From Atractiella rhizophila (taxonomy: Eukaryota): DNA of 45,924 bases. The notes below the pieces were generated by a model. It did no database searches and was not told the origin of the DNA. It saw only the letters and a program-made list of their open reading frames with translations. Where the stretch lies: NCBI GenBank assembly GCA_021432655.1, contig MU271183.1, positions 62,001-107,924 of the forward strand, written 5' to 3'. A program made the position numbers and the translations under genes. Below, piece after piece: positions 13,322 through 29,933 of the stretch (position 1 is the stretch's first letter; every line of letters begins with the position of its first letter).

Positions 13322-13329
13322 GTCACGTG
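13322..13329. promoter_or_regulatory. GTCACGTG E-box (Cbf1/bHLH-type) in the 251-bp GCS1/AFG2 bidirectional promoter
   Basis: Exact RTCACGTG motif between the divergent start codons at 13219 and 13471. Confidence 0.35.
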
Positions 13330-13470
13330 GTATTTGTACGCCTAGTACGAAGAATCAATCTTTTCATTTTCGCGATCGCGTTTGCGTTTAAACGTTTCTC
13401 GATAACAGTTATAACTACTGCACCGTTTATGGTTGGCATAGATTTATGCTTTATCAAGTGTAAATAAAGG

Positions 13471-16427
<2,957 letters not shown>

Positions 16428-18058
16428 GATACCACAAATCAACACGATACTGGTATCCTATACATAATCTTTGCAATGATTCATGTTCACAAACGCTTAG
16501 ATACAAAGGACCAGTGACATGCATCAAGGCCGCACAAATTAATATAAAGCTGGACGAACCTCTCCACGTGATCAATAAACATCATCAATTAACTGGAAGA
16601 AGTAACACAATGAAAATAAAAGAATGGCTGGGAAGGATTTGCAGTGACTGGTCAGAAGCTTGGGGAGTGTTACTTGGCCAGCCACCCTGATGTTTCTGAA
16701 GTTGAAACCTCACTCTGGTGCGTATTTCCCATGCAGTACCGGGATAAGTGAAGAGGGCGGAGGGTTAGGAGCCCATGGGGAGACTTGACTACGTATGCTG
16801 TGTACATCGGTGAGCTCTTTGCGAGCAGAGCAGTCAAGAGGCACAATCCCCCGATTACCAGCGGTTGTCCCATCCATCCCATGTTGTCAAGCCCGTACCC
16901 ATAAGCCCTTCTACACTTCCCGGACTGCACAAGACCACTGGAGGGGAGGAATTTCTCAGAGGGACCAGAGAGTGGTGGCGATTTGCTCCAGGGCAATCTT
17001 GACATTGCTCTCACCTTGAATTATCAAAGACCACATCTCAAGGGTGATGCTTCGGGGGTTTTTTACTTTTTAACAATTTCTTCAGAAATCAAATCTAGAT
17101 CAAGATATACAGTAAATGTCGCATTTGAAGAATTCTTTTGCAAGCTATTCATCCGCTCACCTCCATCCTCACCCTACTCCTCCGTTGGCCTTGATGCGGC
17201 CAGAACTTGATGTTCTAAACGACGTAATTGTTCCCTCGCAGTCACTACCATGCGTGCTTGGTGCAGACATGACTTGCTATAGTCTGCCCTGTCATGGCGG
17301 TATATAGGCCCAGACATTATTAGAGACTAGAGCAGTCGAGTTCCATCCGCAAGGACAAGCAGTCATGGTCACCTGCCTTGCCAAAGGCGAAGATTAGTAA
17401 AAACAATCATCTTTTCTTAAAGATGAACAAATGCAGAATGTTGAGGAGGACATCTAGTCATTTCCTTAATTGACTAATCTCCAATCTAAATCGAGAGTCT
17501 AATTATCGGCTGCTTTTCACAAACAAAAGACTCACCGTGTCATTTTGTTTCTTATATTATGATGGCTTGAGCCTACAATGCATTCAGATCGATCAGATCA
17601 AGTGTCCCGATAATCTTGATATTGTTTATTGGTACTTTTGTTGTTGTCAATGTCAATGATTCATCCAGAACATGAAAACACAACATTCCTTTCTTTCTGC
17701 ATTCTATGTAATTGTTGGCAAAGAATCTTTGTAAATCGCAGCCATGCTGCTATCATGTAATAGGTCGGCCCCTACCTCCACTGACGTCTGCTATGCTTAT
17801 TTTTCCACCTGAAAACAATCGTATGTTCACACGTGCAGTCTTGTTATGGTCACGTTTTGTTACTCTGTAAACGCCGAAGAATCTAGTGATTTCATGGGTC
17901 CATTTGTCTCACACCCGGAACCTAAACTTTTCTCGATTCCGAAATGATTATAAAAAGGCGCTACTCCGTCTCCCCCCCCTCCACGTCTCAAAAACACCTC
18001 ACACTCAAATTCTCTCAAAAAAAAATCGGCTTGACGATACCTCGCATATTCCGGCAAT

Positions 18059-18879
18059 ATGTCTTCTGAACCCTTACTACCCCTGACGACTGAAATGAGT
18101 CCTAATTCTCCCCTCGTCGATCTCAACCCTCTCCTGTCGTATCCTCCGTACTCTTCTGCCTGGGGTCTTTCTTGGGACATCTACCAAGAGCTGAACATAC
18201 TGATTTGGGAGGCGAATCTTGAAGATCCGGAACTGAGAGAGGCAGCGGAGCTGATGCTGAGCTCTGATTTACCACCTTTTATCCATTTTGCTCTTGAAGC
18301 AGCGCTTGCTTGGGTCCACGCTAAGGCGATGGAAGCTTGGACGTTATACTCAGTCGCTTTCCAAGAAACATATCGGTTTCAAGTCAACACCTGCTCAGCA
18401 TACCAGGAGGCGACACTAATCAAGGTCTTTCGAGAGAAAATCGCTCGCGAATTGGAGGAGCTATATGGTACGCCACCTCTCTTTATTATCTTGCCGCATT
18501 TTAAGAGCCATATCCAGATTCCATCACTGGCGTCTCTCGCGTTCCGAGTGAATACAAAGACCCCTCCCGCTCTGTTCCAACCCGATCTCCGATTGTTCCT
18601 TTCCTCATGTGGCTCGAAAAGGATGTCGCAAACCTTTTCACCACCGCCGACATGGAAGCGCTAGACACGTATCGTAAGTACTTTTATCTTCCCATTACTT
18701 CGCTTCTCACCTGCACTTTGCCAGAAATGTACCTTATCGAGGTCGCTCGACGTGACAACCACTGGAAAGTCGTAGCACAAACGTTGAATGAACAGGCAGA
18801 GAAGGCATCTCCTTACATCGGCGGAATCGAAGTTTTTCGTAACGCTCTGAATGCCATCCGAAAACAGATGCACTTGTGA
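18059..18879 (+). CDS. Hypothetical alpha-helical protein, 3 exons, no recognisable family
   Basis: ORF MSSEPLL...LEELY is joined in frame through two short phase-1 GT-AG introns (gtacgc..ccag, gtaagt..ccag) to ...MWLEKDVANLF...RKQMHL and a stop. Confidence 0.6.
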
Positions 18880-19891
18880 CGGCTCGACTTCTCCCTTTGA
18901 CAACTCCACGCTCGTTATGATCTTCTTCCGCCGCTTCGTCCTTCTGACGTTCTATACATTCCTTTCCATTTTGATTTGGTTCCGATTTGGTCATTCGTTC
19001 ACCGTTTTCTCTCATGGCATCTGCACTCTGCATCTCACATCGTTTCTCAATTGCATTTGCATCATAGATTAGTGTATCGTCTCATTATAATTTCGTCGTT
19101 CTTGCAAAGTACAACTGTCCACTTTTCCTGTTCACAAGAGAACGCAAGTCCCAACAAACCATTGTATCCGGTATTGGTGCTAGTAATCATGTTTGTCATC
19201 TGAGTACCTATGGAATTGGCAGGGGATGCTAGGCGTTTATTCGCGCTTAGAGATATCAGTATAGCAGTACTAATTCTGTCTCCTGCTTCTGACGCTGCCT
19301 GATGCCTGAAAAGTCGAAAGAGGTTCGTTGTTCTGATGCTGGCATTTTTCAAATTGATCCTAGCCATAAAAGTGAACTATTGTAAAAATGGGGATGAAGA
19401 AGGAAAGAGACGACTCTTTTGAGAGCAAAAGATGTAAATTTCAAAACTATTTCTGCCAACATGTATTAGGGCATTGAGGAGCTGAAAGCCAAGGTAAATA
19501 TTAGGGATGGGATACTACTCGACAAACAGAAGAATTGGGGCGGGTCAATAAGGAACCCTTATGTGATCGTTACGGAAATGGTGTTTATCCTTCCAGAAAC
19601 GTTTGGTTAGAAGATAAACATCAGTTTACTACTGAAGAACTGTGAACTGGAACTGGAGAGAAGACATGCGAATGCGAGCCACAACGAATTGAAACTTGGG
19701 AGGGGAAAATGTGTACGTCGTAGCAGGGAAGCTGCAAATGATTAAAACCGAAACAAAACGTTGGAGTGGGGTTGTGGATCTGTTGCGCACTGACTGAGAT
19801 TTGATATTTGGTGGATGGAAACCGAGACAGAGTCAGAGAACCGAGACGACCGAAACCGAAACAAGCAAAATCAGAGAACAAAACGAAACGT

Positions 19892-20820
19892 TTAATAAGC
19901 CCTCGCGAGTCCGATAGGAGTCACTCCCTTGCCTTTAGGCTTCCTGTCTTCTTTCTTCCCACCCCCGCTTCCGGGTATGAAGGGGTTTCCCTTTTTGATC
20001 GCAGGGGTAGGAGCAGGAGAGACCTTCTTCCTTGGGTATTCGGAAGCGTTCACACCGTGGTTGGAGGAGGAGAGAGAGCGCTTCTCAGGAATGAACGAGT
20101 TCTTCCAGACCTTTCGAGGGACAAGAGGAGGGGTATCAAATGTAGGCTTAGAAGGTATCGTGGCAACAGCCGGAGGAGGAATGAGGGAAGCATCGTATTT
20201 CTTTCGGAGGGAAGGATCGGAGAGAGTGGTGTATGCCGTCGTAAGGAGTTGGAAGGCGAGATTGGCACATCCTTGCTCTGATGCCGAATGTTTATCGGGA
20301 TGTGTAGCGAGAGCCAACTTTAGGTGCTCCGTAATAAGTCAAGCATTAAACTCGCGAGAGGGAGACAAACAGATTTATATGCCTTTCGAATCTCGTCGAC
20401 GCTCGCATTCCTTTTCACTCCGAACAGCTCGTAGTGATCCTTCGCATCGATGAGCTTCTGCCAGTCGACCGTAGGGGCTTCAACTTTTGCCCTAATATGA
20501 ACTGGAGTTGAAGGAACAGGGTTCTTGGTCAACGACACAGCCGCTTCATTGACAATATCCAGGTCCAAATCGACAAGGATCTTCGCGGTGTCTTGATGCT
20601 GTTTGGAATGGGCAACGGCATTAATCACGACGGCCAACTCGTCATCGCTATGCGCCTTCTTCCATCGATTCAATAGCGCGAGTTTGTGCCAGTTGAAGAC
20701 AATAGATTCCTTTCTTGCCCATGAGAAACGACTTGGACGAGCTGGAGGAGGCTGAGTTGCTCGTGTGGTAGACATCTTTGAGGGAGACTGAAAAGTAGAC
20801 ATTGGAAAATATAGGGTCAT
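19892..20820 (-). CDS. J-domain (DnaJ class C) protein with unrecognised N- and C-terminal extensions
   Basis: DHYELFGVKRNASVDEIRKAYKS|LALATHPDK...AFQLLTTAYTTLSDPSLRKKYD, with an intact HPD motif. The start Met is uncertain. Confidence 0.85.
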
Positions 20821-22891
20821 TGGTCGTTAAGAAGAGGTTGAAATGAAACTGCTGGAACAAGGGGTAAAGCTTGTTCTTGATGCAAGCGTGATGCCTTGGG
20901 AGAGGCGATAAAGCTGGATAAAGTGGATGGAAGGGGAATTTCAAGTTGATACTGCCTTATAAGGACTCGCTTTGGGCACCGATAACTTGTCATGACGATC
21001 AGCACAGAGTTAGAACACCCGAAAATGAAAGGGCACGAACCTATGTCGTCACGATGAACCGATGAACCCCTGAACCAAAACAACCCAATTCTTTTATTTC
21101 CGCCTAGATCTATAAAGCAAATAATAATCAATATTCGACCAAACAGACGACGATCAGCTCCACAGAGGGCAAAGACACGTTTTTATGGCCAGGGAATGTT
21201 GTCGCGAAGTTGTATAACAGAGTTCGAACTTCTACCCACTTCCGGACCGCTTCCGAAAGGAAACACTGTTACAAAGAAGTTTGTTACTGATGCTGATTAA
21301 ATGGTGATTGGATGAAGCATGGTGGACGGATGGAGACCGGGGTGGATGGGGCCGTTCGAAAGTCATTGGAGGAGGTGCGCGTTCCGCGTTTTCATATTGT
21401 GGAAGGCGATGGTGAGAAGACATTCTACACTTACTTCCCGGGATTCCCTCAGTTGGGACAGGATTAGATTCTCTGGGCTTCCCTCCTTGGTCTGCAGCAG
21501 GCTCTCCTCTTCATTTTGACTTCAGGCGCGGTCTTGCTATGATCACGTGCCGCCTGTCTCTTCAGTTATTGAATGAAGCCCAGTGGTGCATTCCGTGGAA
21601 TAAAGATGGATACCGCCTAAATAGTTCTCGACAAGTTGTAATTCATGGCTTCTGAGCGCGAAGGTAATTAAGCGAGTCTACAGACTGGGCACAAATTGAC
21701 GAACCTTCTTTTCCATGTTAAAAGCCTAGATCGGCTTATTGTTTCATTGACGGCTGCCCAATATTCTTCTGCAATAGGTCACGGGTTGTGCTGGGTTGGT
21801 GATGTCGCTTGCACCATATTCTCCAAAGATAGTCCCCATTTTGGTACTGGAAATCAGGAATGTGATCTCCTTGCGCAATTAAAGGAAGCCAGCCAAAAGA
21901 GCTGCTGCGAAATTAGGAGGTGGGACATGGCACAGGCACTGGCGCTTGATACAGCTATTAGTGAGGGCTTCCGGTCTCGCTGCTCGATCCCAAACTTGAA
22001 GCAAAGAGATGCCATCATGGCGTCAGTTTTGACCGCTTCTTCCGCTTATTACAACTGCTCGACGAATCGTATCGGGAACATAACAAAGCTTTCTGTACTC
22101 TGTGCGAACATTGTATTTTTCGAGTATTCTCTATGCTTTTGGGGGTGATCAATACACGACTAAGGAAAATTTGAGGACGTTACAAAAAGCCTCAGCTGTC
22201 GATAGTCTTCCGCCTCATACCCTCCTCAGCGTCTTTCAATGACAGCTGAGCCAGTTTCAGTATTTTACAGTCCTGAAAGATACGGCGACATCGATCTTAG
22301 GTACAAAGAAACAGCCCCGACTGGGAACAATGCTCAAATTCGTTTCTCGTTCTCTCCACCGATTGCTCTCCTCGTCTCAGCAGGTATAACAGACCTGTAA
22401 TGTCTCCATTTACACCCACTCAGAAGCAAAAGGATGCAGGTTTAGAGGGACTAGTACATAATGAGAGATCCAGGTGCTAGTAGTGTAGCAGTTTTATGAC
22501 AACTATCTACATGACATCTTCGCTTCCTTGCGGGCTGGGCTCAAAAGATTTCTACCTTGCTCCCGCGGTCATTAATATCGCTGCTCAGCAGTCAGCTGGC
22601 TGGCTTGTTTATTTCTTCATTTTATGAAGACTGAAATGATGTGCTTTGATTGTCGCGCCGAGATATCGGTAAAATAGGGTTCATTCAAAGCACCAGATCT
22701 CGATCGCTACTGTAACTTCGATTTCGATCCAATTCTCTGGAACATCCAATGCTCGATTCGTGTCGCTGGCTTACTGCATATAAAGCCTCTCTGACTTTCG
22801 GCAGACTCTCTCGTCTTCTGCAGCCAACGAATGATTCAGCGACTGCAGACAACAATACCTCCAAAGCTATCTGCGACTGCGACATTTCAAC

Positions 22892-25330
22892 ATGCTTACC
22901 ACCAGCTCAACGACGAACAAACGCCCTTCTCCTACACCGAACCCCAGCTTCGAGGGTCGAAAGACGAAGAAGCCAAAGACTTCCCAGACGACGAAAACTA
23001 ACGAAGAAGAAGGTGTTTTGCCAGTGAAGAAGGCAAAGAACAGGCCAGAGGTCAAGCAGGATAAACCGTACCTTCGTCCTCTGCCTCCCGATTTGTGTCT
23101 CTACAATGAGCTGAAGGATGCTCTGGACAAACTTGGCGGAGAAGGAGAAGCGGGGGAAGGGACCAGGGTGTGGTGGATTCGTAATAAAGATCTCAGATGT
23201 ATGTCCTTTGCTTCGTTCAGGGTACAGCATCGTTCCATTGTAAACAATTCAAGTCAATACATGTCTTTGCCCGCTTGCATTACGGAGCAGATTGTTTTCA
23301 AATGTTGACGTTCACACTGTTGAGCATACCACATCGCGAATCAGAACGAAACTTGCTTGACGCATTCTGTGCACAAACCAATTTCCTTCGCTTGCTATTG
23401 ACTCTCTGTGAGGTAGCACTGATGCTGACGCGACAAATCAAACAGTACATGATAACCACGCTCTATCTCTTGCAACGAGAATTTCCAAGAATGGGTGCTC
23501 TGGGGGTCTGATCGCGCTCTACATAATCTCTCCAAGCGACTACAAAGCGCACGACCGTTCCCCTCGCCGGATCGACTTCATGCTTCGTAACCTCTCCAGC
23601 TTGCGGGAAGACCTTCACGCACTCAAAGTTCCGCTTGTAGTCAAGACAGTGGAAATGAGAGAAGATGTTCCCACGAAGGTGGTGGAGTGGTGTGAGCAGT
23701 GGACGGGGACGGGGTTGTATGGGAATATAGGTTCGTAACACAATTCCTCGAGTATAGGAAGCAATGTTAACGAGCAATTAGAACATGAAGTTGATGAGTT
23801 GAGACGCGACATCCGAGTCTTGAAGATTGCGAAGAAAAAACTTCCAAACCTCCAGGTTAAGTTTGTCGACGATCACTGCGCCATTGCTCCCCTCACACTT
23901 TTGACGAAACAAGGGAAACCGTACACTGTCTACTCTCCTTGGTATCGATCTTACATCTCCGCGCTCGACAATGACCCTTCCATGCTCGATCCCTATCCTG
24001 AACCCAAGGAGAACGCGGACAATAGCCTCATGCCTCTTGATACCGGTGTTCCGGACAGTGTCGACGGTTGGCAGCTAGAGAAAAAGGAAATGGAACATTT
24101 CAAAGCTTTGTGGCCTGCAGGAGAGGAAGAGGCGTGGCGCAGGCTGGATAATTTCGTAAAGGAGAAAGTCGGTGGATATGAAGAAAGTAGAGATAGGACA
24201 GACATGGAGGCGGGATCGAAGCTTTCGTACGTCTCCCTTTTGCTGTTTATCCGGAAATACTGACTGTATGGACGTGATGGCATGCTAGGACTTATATTTC
24301 GTCCGGGGTCGTTTCCATCAGGCAATGCCTGAAGGCAGCTATGAAGGCAAACGGCGGGAAGTTGCCTCATGGACACGGAGACGGTGGCGCCGAGAAATGG
24401 TTTTCTGAGTTAGCATGGCGAGATTTCTACCAACAGTTTGTTTCTCGTTTACCCATTCCGCAACGCTCAACTTTTCTTATGTCCTTTTTCTCTGTGGCCA
24501 ATAGTATTCTCGCTGCTTATCCAAGGGTTTCGATGGGCCGTGCGTTTCAAGAGAAGTATGATCATGTCATTTGGGAGGATGATGAAGAAGCAGACGAGGG
24601 ACTGAGGAGATGGAAAGAGGGAAAGGTGGGGTATCCCCTAGTTGACGCTGCCATGAGGATGTTGGCTTCCGAAGGTCTGTCTAATTCACTTCTGCCTCTA
24701 GGGTGAGCTAAATGAATTCTAACATGTTGTTGCACCATCGGAAGGCTGGATGCATAATCGACTGAGGATGAACGTGGCTATGTTCTTGAGTAAAGATATG
24801 ATGATCGATTGGCGGGAGGGTGAGAAGTGGTTCATGCAAAATTTAAGTACGCCCTTCCACTTGCATCCCAACGGAGAGTGAACACAACCATTGGGGATGT
24901 AGTTGATGGCGATTTGGGAAGCAACAATGGAGGTTGGCAATGGTCAGCTTCCACAGGGTGCGACCCTCAGCCATATTTCAGAATATTTAATCCCCTGCTG
25001 CAGAGTGAGAAGTTCGACCCGGAGGGAAACTTTATCCGTCGCTGGATTCCCGAGTGTTCGTCTTCACGCTTCTATCTCCTGCACTGCTGGAGAGGAGGCT
25101 GACAAGTCGACCGTCTTAAAGTGAAGAATGTGAAAGGGAAGGCGATTCATGATCCTTTCCACCGAATGGATAAGGATGCATTCCGGAAGACTGGTTATGC
25201 CGAGCCTTGGGTTGAGCATAAAGTGGGACGAGAAAGGGCATTAGCGAGATTTAAAGAGTGAGCTTACTCTCGCTTTCGTTGTTTCTGTCTGATTCTTGTT
25301 TATTGTGAACGCAGCCCAGGAAGAGTATGA
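22892..25330 (+). CDS. PHR1: Class I CPD deoxyribodipyrimidine photolyase
   Basis: [89 protein letters not shown], and [30 protein letters not shown]. Confidence 0.93.
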
Positions 25331-25632
25331 TTTACGATGTGTTAAAAGGTGTTTTTCATTCTACTCTTTGTTCAAAACAATTGTGTTTGCGGAGGATTAT
25401 CAAGAAATTCGGCGGCGTAAATGGCATTGTCTTTAAATAAATCTTCTTGCGACATGAAGAAACAAATGCAACATGGCTGAGGAAACGATCTAAGTCATCA
25501 GTGAAACAAAGGAGAACAGAGGCAGACCTCGAAGTCTCGCAGTCTGAAATGTATGAGAATGAGGGTAGTGATATGCAAGAACAACTTGAAGTTAGCTAAC
25601 GAGCAATAACAATACGAGGTCATGAGTACCAA

Positions 25633-28600
25633 TTACTCTGGCGAGTCGCCGAAAAGAGCAGAAAAGGTCTCTTTGACACTTTCCAGCGTAGGTTTCGGCT
25701 TCACAGGGGATGGGTTAAGATCCAGCGAGGCAAAGAGGTCATCGCTGAGAGGAAGGACACGACTGACTTCCTCAAACTTTTCACCCGGCATCAATGAAGC
25801 CTGTCTGGACGAGGCGGGAGCTGGAAGATTGTACGCCGACACCTCGGGTTTGAGTCCACTAACGGAAGGTTCCTTTGACGGTCGTCGAGATGCCGCGCCG
25901 TTGGTCATTCCACTGGGTTCTCTAGAAGGAGCTCTCGAAGAATGCAAGGCGTATTCCGAAGGAGTCGCAGTCTCAGCTGAGGTGTTACGTCCAAGAAGAT
26001 GAGAAGGGAAGATTGGTGGACTGCTAGGTGGGAGAGAAGTGCGATGGTCAAACTCGCTTGTCAAGTCCGATGGTCGCGACCGCTTCCTCTGAATGGCGTC
26101 GAAGGAGTTGAGGGCTGGGCGATTCTGCTTGGACTGAGGTGGGGCCTGCGGCGCCAATGAGCTCGAGCCTTGCTTTTCTGCCAGATACTGAGCGAGGGAT
26201 GGACCAAATGACAGGACGTCATTTCCATTTCCAACCTCTGAAGTAGGTGCTGTATCGCCCGTCGAACTTGAAGTCTGGAACCCGTTGCTCGTCTTCCGCC
26301 TCTTGGAGTTGGGAGGAGACGACGCAGTACCAGATGGCAGGGTATGCTTAGTGGCAGCAGATGAAGGAGACAGTTGAGACGGTGCGCTTCGTTTCTCATG
26401 AACAGCAACTCTTGAAGGGCCACTCTCACTTGATAGACTTGGGCCAAGAAAAGGGGGACGGGAAGACGAAGGCGGAGGGGCATTTGCCAACTTCTTGTTG
26501 AGAGCCATTGCAGCTTGCCTCATCGGGGATGTCTTGGGCATTGGTCCAACTCTTCTCAGCGGACTTTTGAATCTCTTCGGACTTGAAAGGGGCCGCTTTG
26601 GGCTTCCGGGAGGTCGCAATGTTGTGCCAGCCTGAGGCGCTCGACGAACAGAATGATTTCCGCCTTGCAGCATTTCACCGACCTTCCTTTTGGTAGCTCG
26701 AGGATTTTGTCGACAACGAAGGAAGGTGATGCAAGCTACAAGTTTACTAAGTCGTGGATCGGTGTATCCAGGTAGAGAGAGGCAAACCTTGGCAAAGACA
26801 CTCGTTCCTCTGTGCATGATAAAACCACTTGCTCGTCCTCCTCGTCCCACACTGTCTACACTTCGCATAATCCAGCACGTTCGTCCCATTCGAATCGAAC
26901 GTCGGCTCTCTCAAATGAACCCACTTCGTGCTCATGTCCGTGGTCCCTCCAGGAGTTGGCACATCCGAAAAAACCGAAGCAGGGGTCGGGGCCTCCCATG
27001 GTACCGGAGTGCTCTCGCAAGGCAACGGACGAAGAGCGGAAGTGGAAGGGAGTGGGGTGGGAGCGTTCCTCTTTGGCGCATACAGGGCGAGGCCAGCACT
27101 TGAGCTCCGCGTGGCTCGAGCATCATCCACCACTTCAATAATCTCCTTCCTCTTCACATTACTGCTCTCTTTTGGAGCGGGAGGGGGCGGTGGTGGGTTG
27201 GGTTGGGAAACAGGGAGGAGTGTGGGAAGACCTTTGCTCCGAGCGTGTGGTGGTAGAGGTCCTGTAAGCTTGGGAGGTGGCAGCACTGGAGGGGTTGACG
27301 AATAGTCGGCGGACGCATTGGGGCCTGACCGTCTCCTTCCTGTTTTGCTCAGAGACGGGCCTGCCTTTGCATTGGCGTTGCGACTAGAGGACAGATATGT
27401 CTGAGAAGAAGCCTTCGGTGGCTCTAGCTTTACGGGAGTGTACATAGAAGGGTTAGAGTGGACCGGAGTTTGAGAGTTGTTGCTACTATCCCGCTGACCG
27501 AGGTTAGATGCTGACGTCGTGCTCGTCGTCGTCAAGGGAAGATGCTCCGCAGAAAAGCTGAGGAAGTGAGAGGGGTCGGAGAAAGAGGAATGATGATTCC
27601 TCAAGAACTTCTCCGGCGCCACAATCGAACCACTGCCCAATTCCTGATTAGTCTGACGAGTCGAGACCGTTACCGTGTCGCTCGACTGAGACATCTTCTT
27701 CACGGGGTCTCCAGACCGCACACGCTCCCTCGGCAGGGATCCGCTGCTCGCCTTTCGCTCCAGCGACTGAGCCACAGCCGCTGGGATGCTATCCACCCGC
27801 TTTCCGCTCTCAGGCGCATCGTTCCCAGACCCCGCGGCTCGAAAGAACTCTTCCCAACTCATGCCTTCCATCGAGCCGACAACGTCTTGGGCTGGCGGTT
27901 GCAGGCTGGCATCGATCATGCTGCCTCCACCGAAAATGCCGCTGAGGTCGAGGGGAGCTGATGAGTTGTCGATGCCGTCGAAGAGGGCAGTGTTCGAAAA
28001 GTCGAAATGGGGGAAGAGGTCTGAAGAAGAGTCACCGGAGAGGAAGTTTGGGAGGTCGGGCATGGACATGGAACAAGGGTGCGAAGTCGCGGAGGCTGGA
28101 ATTGGAAGTTGAGAGGATGAAGAAATGCCGGTTATGTAGGAAGCCATGGTGTTGACGAATTGTTCTTGTGTGACCGTCTGAGTCTACGATGCGAAGAAAC
28201 TGTCAGAGCATGGTGGATAACTTGAAGGGAATTGACGTACCTCTACCAGCAGCAACGAGACCTCGAGCAAGTTTCCCTCGTCTTCCGCCTCATCGTCGTC
28301 CGAATCTTCAGACTCACCATACTCATTGACGATGCGTCCTATGACCGTCGTATCGCCCTCATCATTTTCGGCGACGATCCAGCTCAAGAGGCCCTTGCTT
28401 TCCAGCACAGACGTGTCCCTTGGATCCTTGTAATACAGCATAAAGTCTCTACTCTCCGAACCAAGCTCCGGCGCAGAAAGCAGGTCCGGCCTTCACTCAC
28501 CATTACCCCTGCCTCGACATAAGTAGGAACAAAGGATGCTCACCTGGACGAGAAAAGACTAATGACGCAGTTCTTCAGCTTCGTCTTTCCGAACCTCTCC

Positions 28601-28816
28601 CTCCCCCTCTCCCTCTCACCTCCATTCTCCTTCTCTCTTCGCGGCTTCCTCCTCTTGATAACGTCAACCTTCAGCGTCCCTTCCGGTCTGCAACACAGAT
28701 TGAAGCTTGGGGTATACTCAGGTCCAGGGGCCGTTTTGGAGCTCGAATAAAACAGTTTGACTGTACATCCTCAACTCAAAATACAACGATTGGAAGTAGA
28801 AAGCACCACCACCCAT
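25633..28816 (-). CDS. Ams2/Spt21-like transcription factor: N-terminal Ams2/SPT21-type domain, disordered middle region, divergent GATA-type C4 zinc finger
   Basis: N-terminus VKLFYS...RFGKTKLKNCVISL...PEL...DFMLYYKDP...SKGLLSWIV...VIGRI...LEVSLLL. The spliced finger is CRQC-x18-CQAC. The start codon is approximate. Confidence 0.7.
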
Positions 28817-29040
28817 GAGTCTGACATTGTTTGGCTTCGCGGTCGAAGGAAGGGTCGACGTCTGAACATCCTCCATCGTCGTTCCCGCGTATCAACGCGG
28901 AACTGAACAGGAGAGAAGAGCAAAAATCAGCGCCTGTAAAGCGCGTCACAGCTGCTCTCGAACACTTTAACAGGGAGAAGAAAGCGTCTGAACGTCGTCG
29001 TGATTCGGGGTGACGACCCAAAGAGTCCCTTATTGCATCC

Positions 29041-29066
29041 TCACGTGACCACAATCACATATATAA
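29041..29066. promoter_or_regulatory. TCACGTGAC E-box plus a TATA-like element upstream of the Ams2-like gene
   Basis: TCACGTGAC at 29041-29049 and TATATAA at 29060-29066. Confidence 0.3.
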
Positions 29067-29933
29067 GGTTCGGAACGCACTTTTTTGATTTTTTCATGAA
29101 CAACGAATCAAGCGGCGCATAAAGTGAGTATTTTCGCCCTTTCCTGCAGAATCAAAGTAGTTTCTGATGTGTGATGGATGGATCAGGTTCGGGTCTTTCA
29201 TCTATCGAGTTGGAAAGAATCCGCGTTCCAGCGCCGCAGATTGAACGTCTGCTTCGCTCACGGTGTGCTCGAGAAGTCGAGGGGAAATCGCCTGGTCTTT
29301 CTTTTGTGGGAGGCATGTGGTGGTATGAACTTGGACGGAGCGCGGTGTGTGATTGGACTACATTTTTATTTTGTGATATGGTAATGTGATTATGAAATTT
29401 TCGTTTCAGAAGGAGTTTGGATGTGGTGAGAGGTAGTTGGTTGGTCAGAGTTGGGCCAAATTTGCACGGACAGGAGGCAGCTGTTTGCTTATTCACAAAG
29501 AAGAGATGGTCATGGAGAAAACTAGCTCTGCAGCTTTATGCTCTTGAGTCTCTGGGTCCAGTTTTGAGCCGCTCCTTACTCCATCCAAAACAGAACGAAG
29601 GTAATAGGACGACAATCGCTTCAGTTCGAGACCATGCCATCAGTCCCAGTCCATCATGTATACAGGGACCAGGCAGAGATAAGGTACGGGAACGCATGTG
29701 AGTAGCAGCACTGACCACAACCTCAAACAGCAGATTGCTCAAACCGTCGACGGAAAGAGAGAGAAGCGAGAGAGCAATTCTGTCGTGATGAACTAGGAAA
29801 GGACCTCACCCGTTCATAACAATCTACACAGTGAGCACAACAATGAAGCAAGCAGAACTCTAAGATGGCCTCTTCCGACCTCGACCAAGCAAAGGAACGC
29901 ACGCCAGTCCCAAATTTTTCACATACATGAATT

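Noticed and set aside
19808..19892. Short ACCGA(G/A)AC-type repeats downstream of the J-protein gene
   Set aside because: Irregular simple repeats in a 3' UTR with no constant repeat/spacer period; not CRISPR-like.
21400..22500. 150-aa plus-strand ORF and stop-interrupted minus-strand frames
   Set aside because: Possibly a gene or transposon relic, but I could not recognise a family or build a consistent spliced model.
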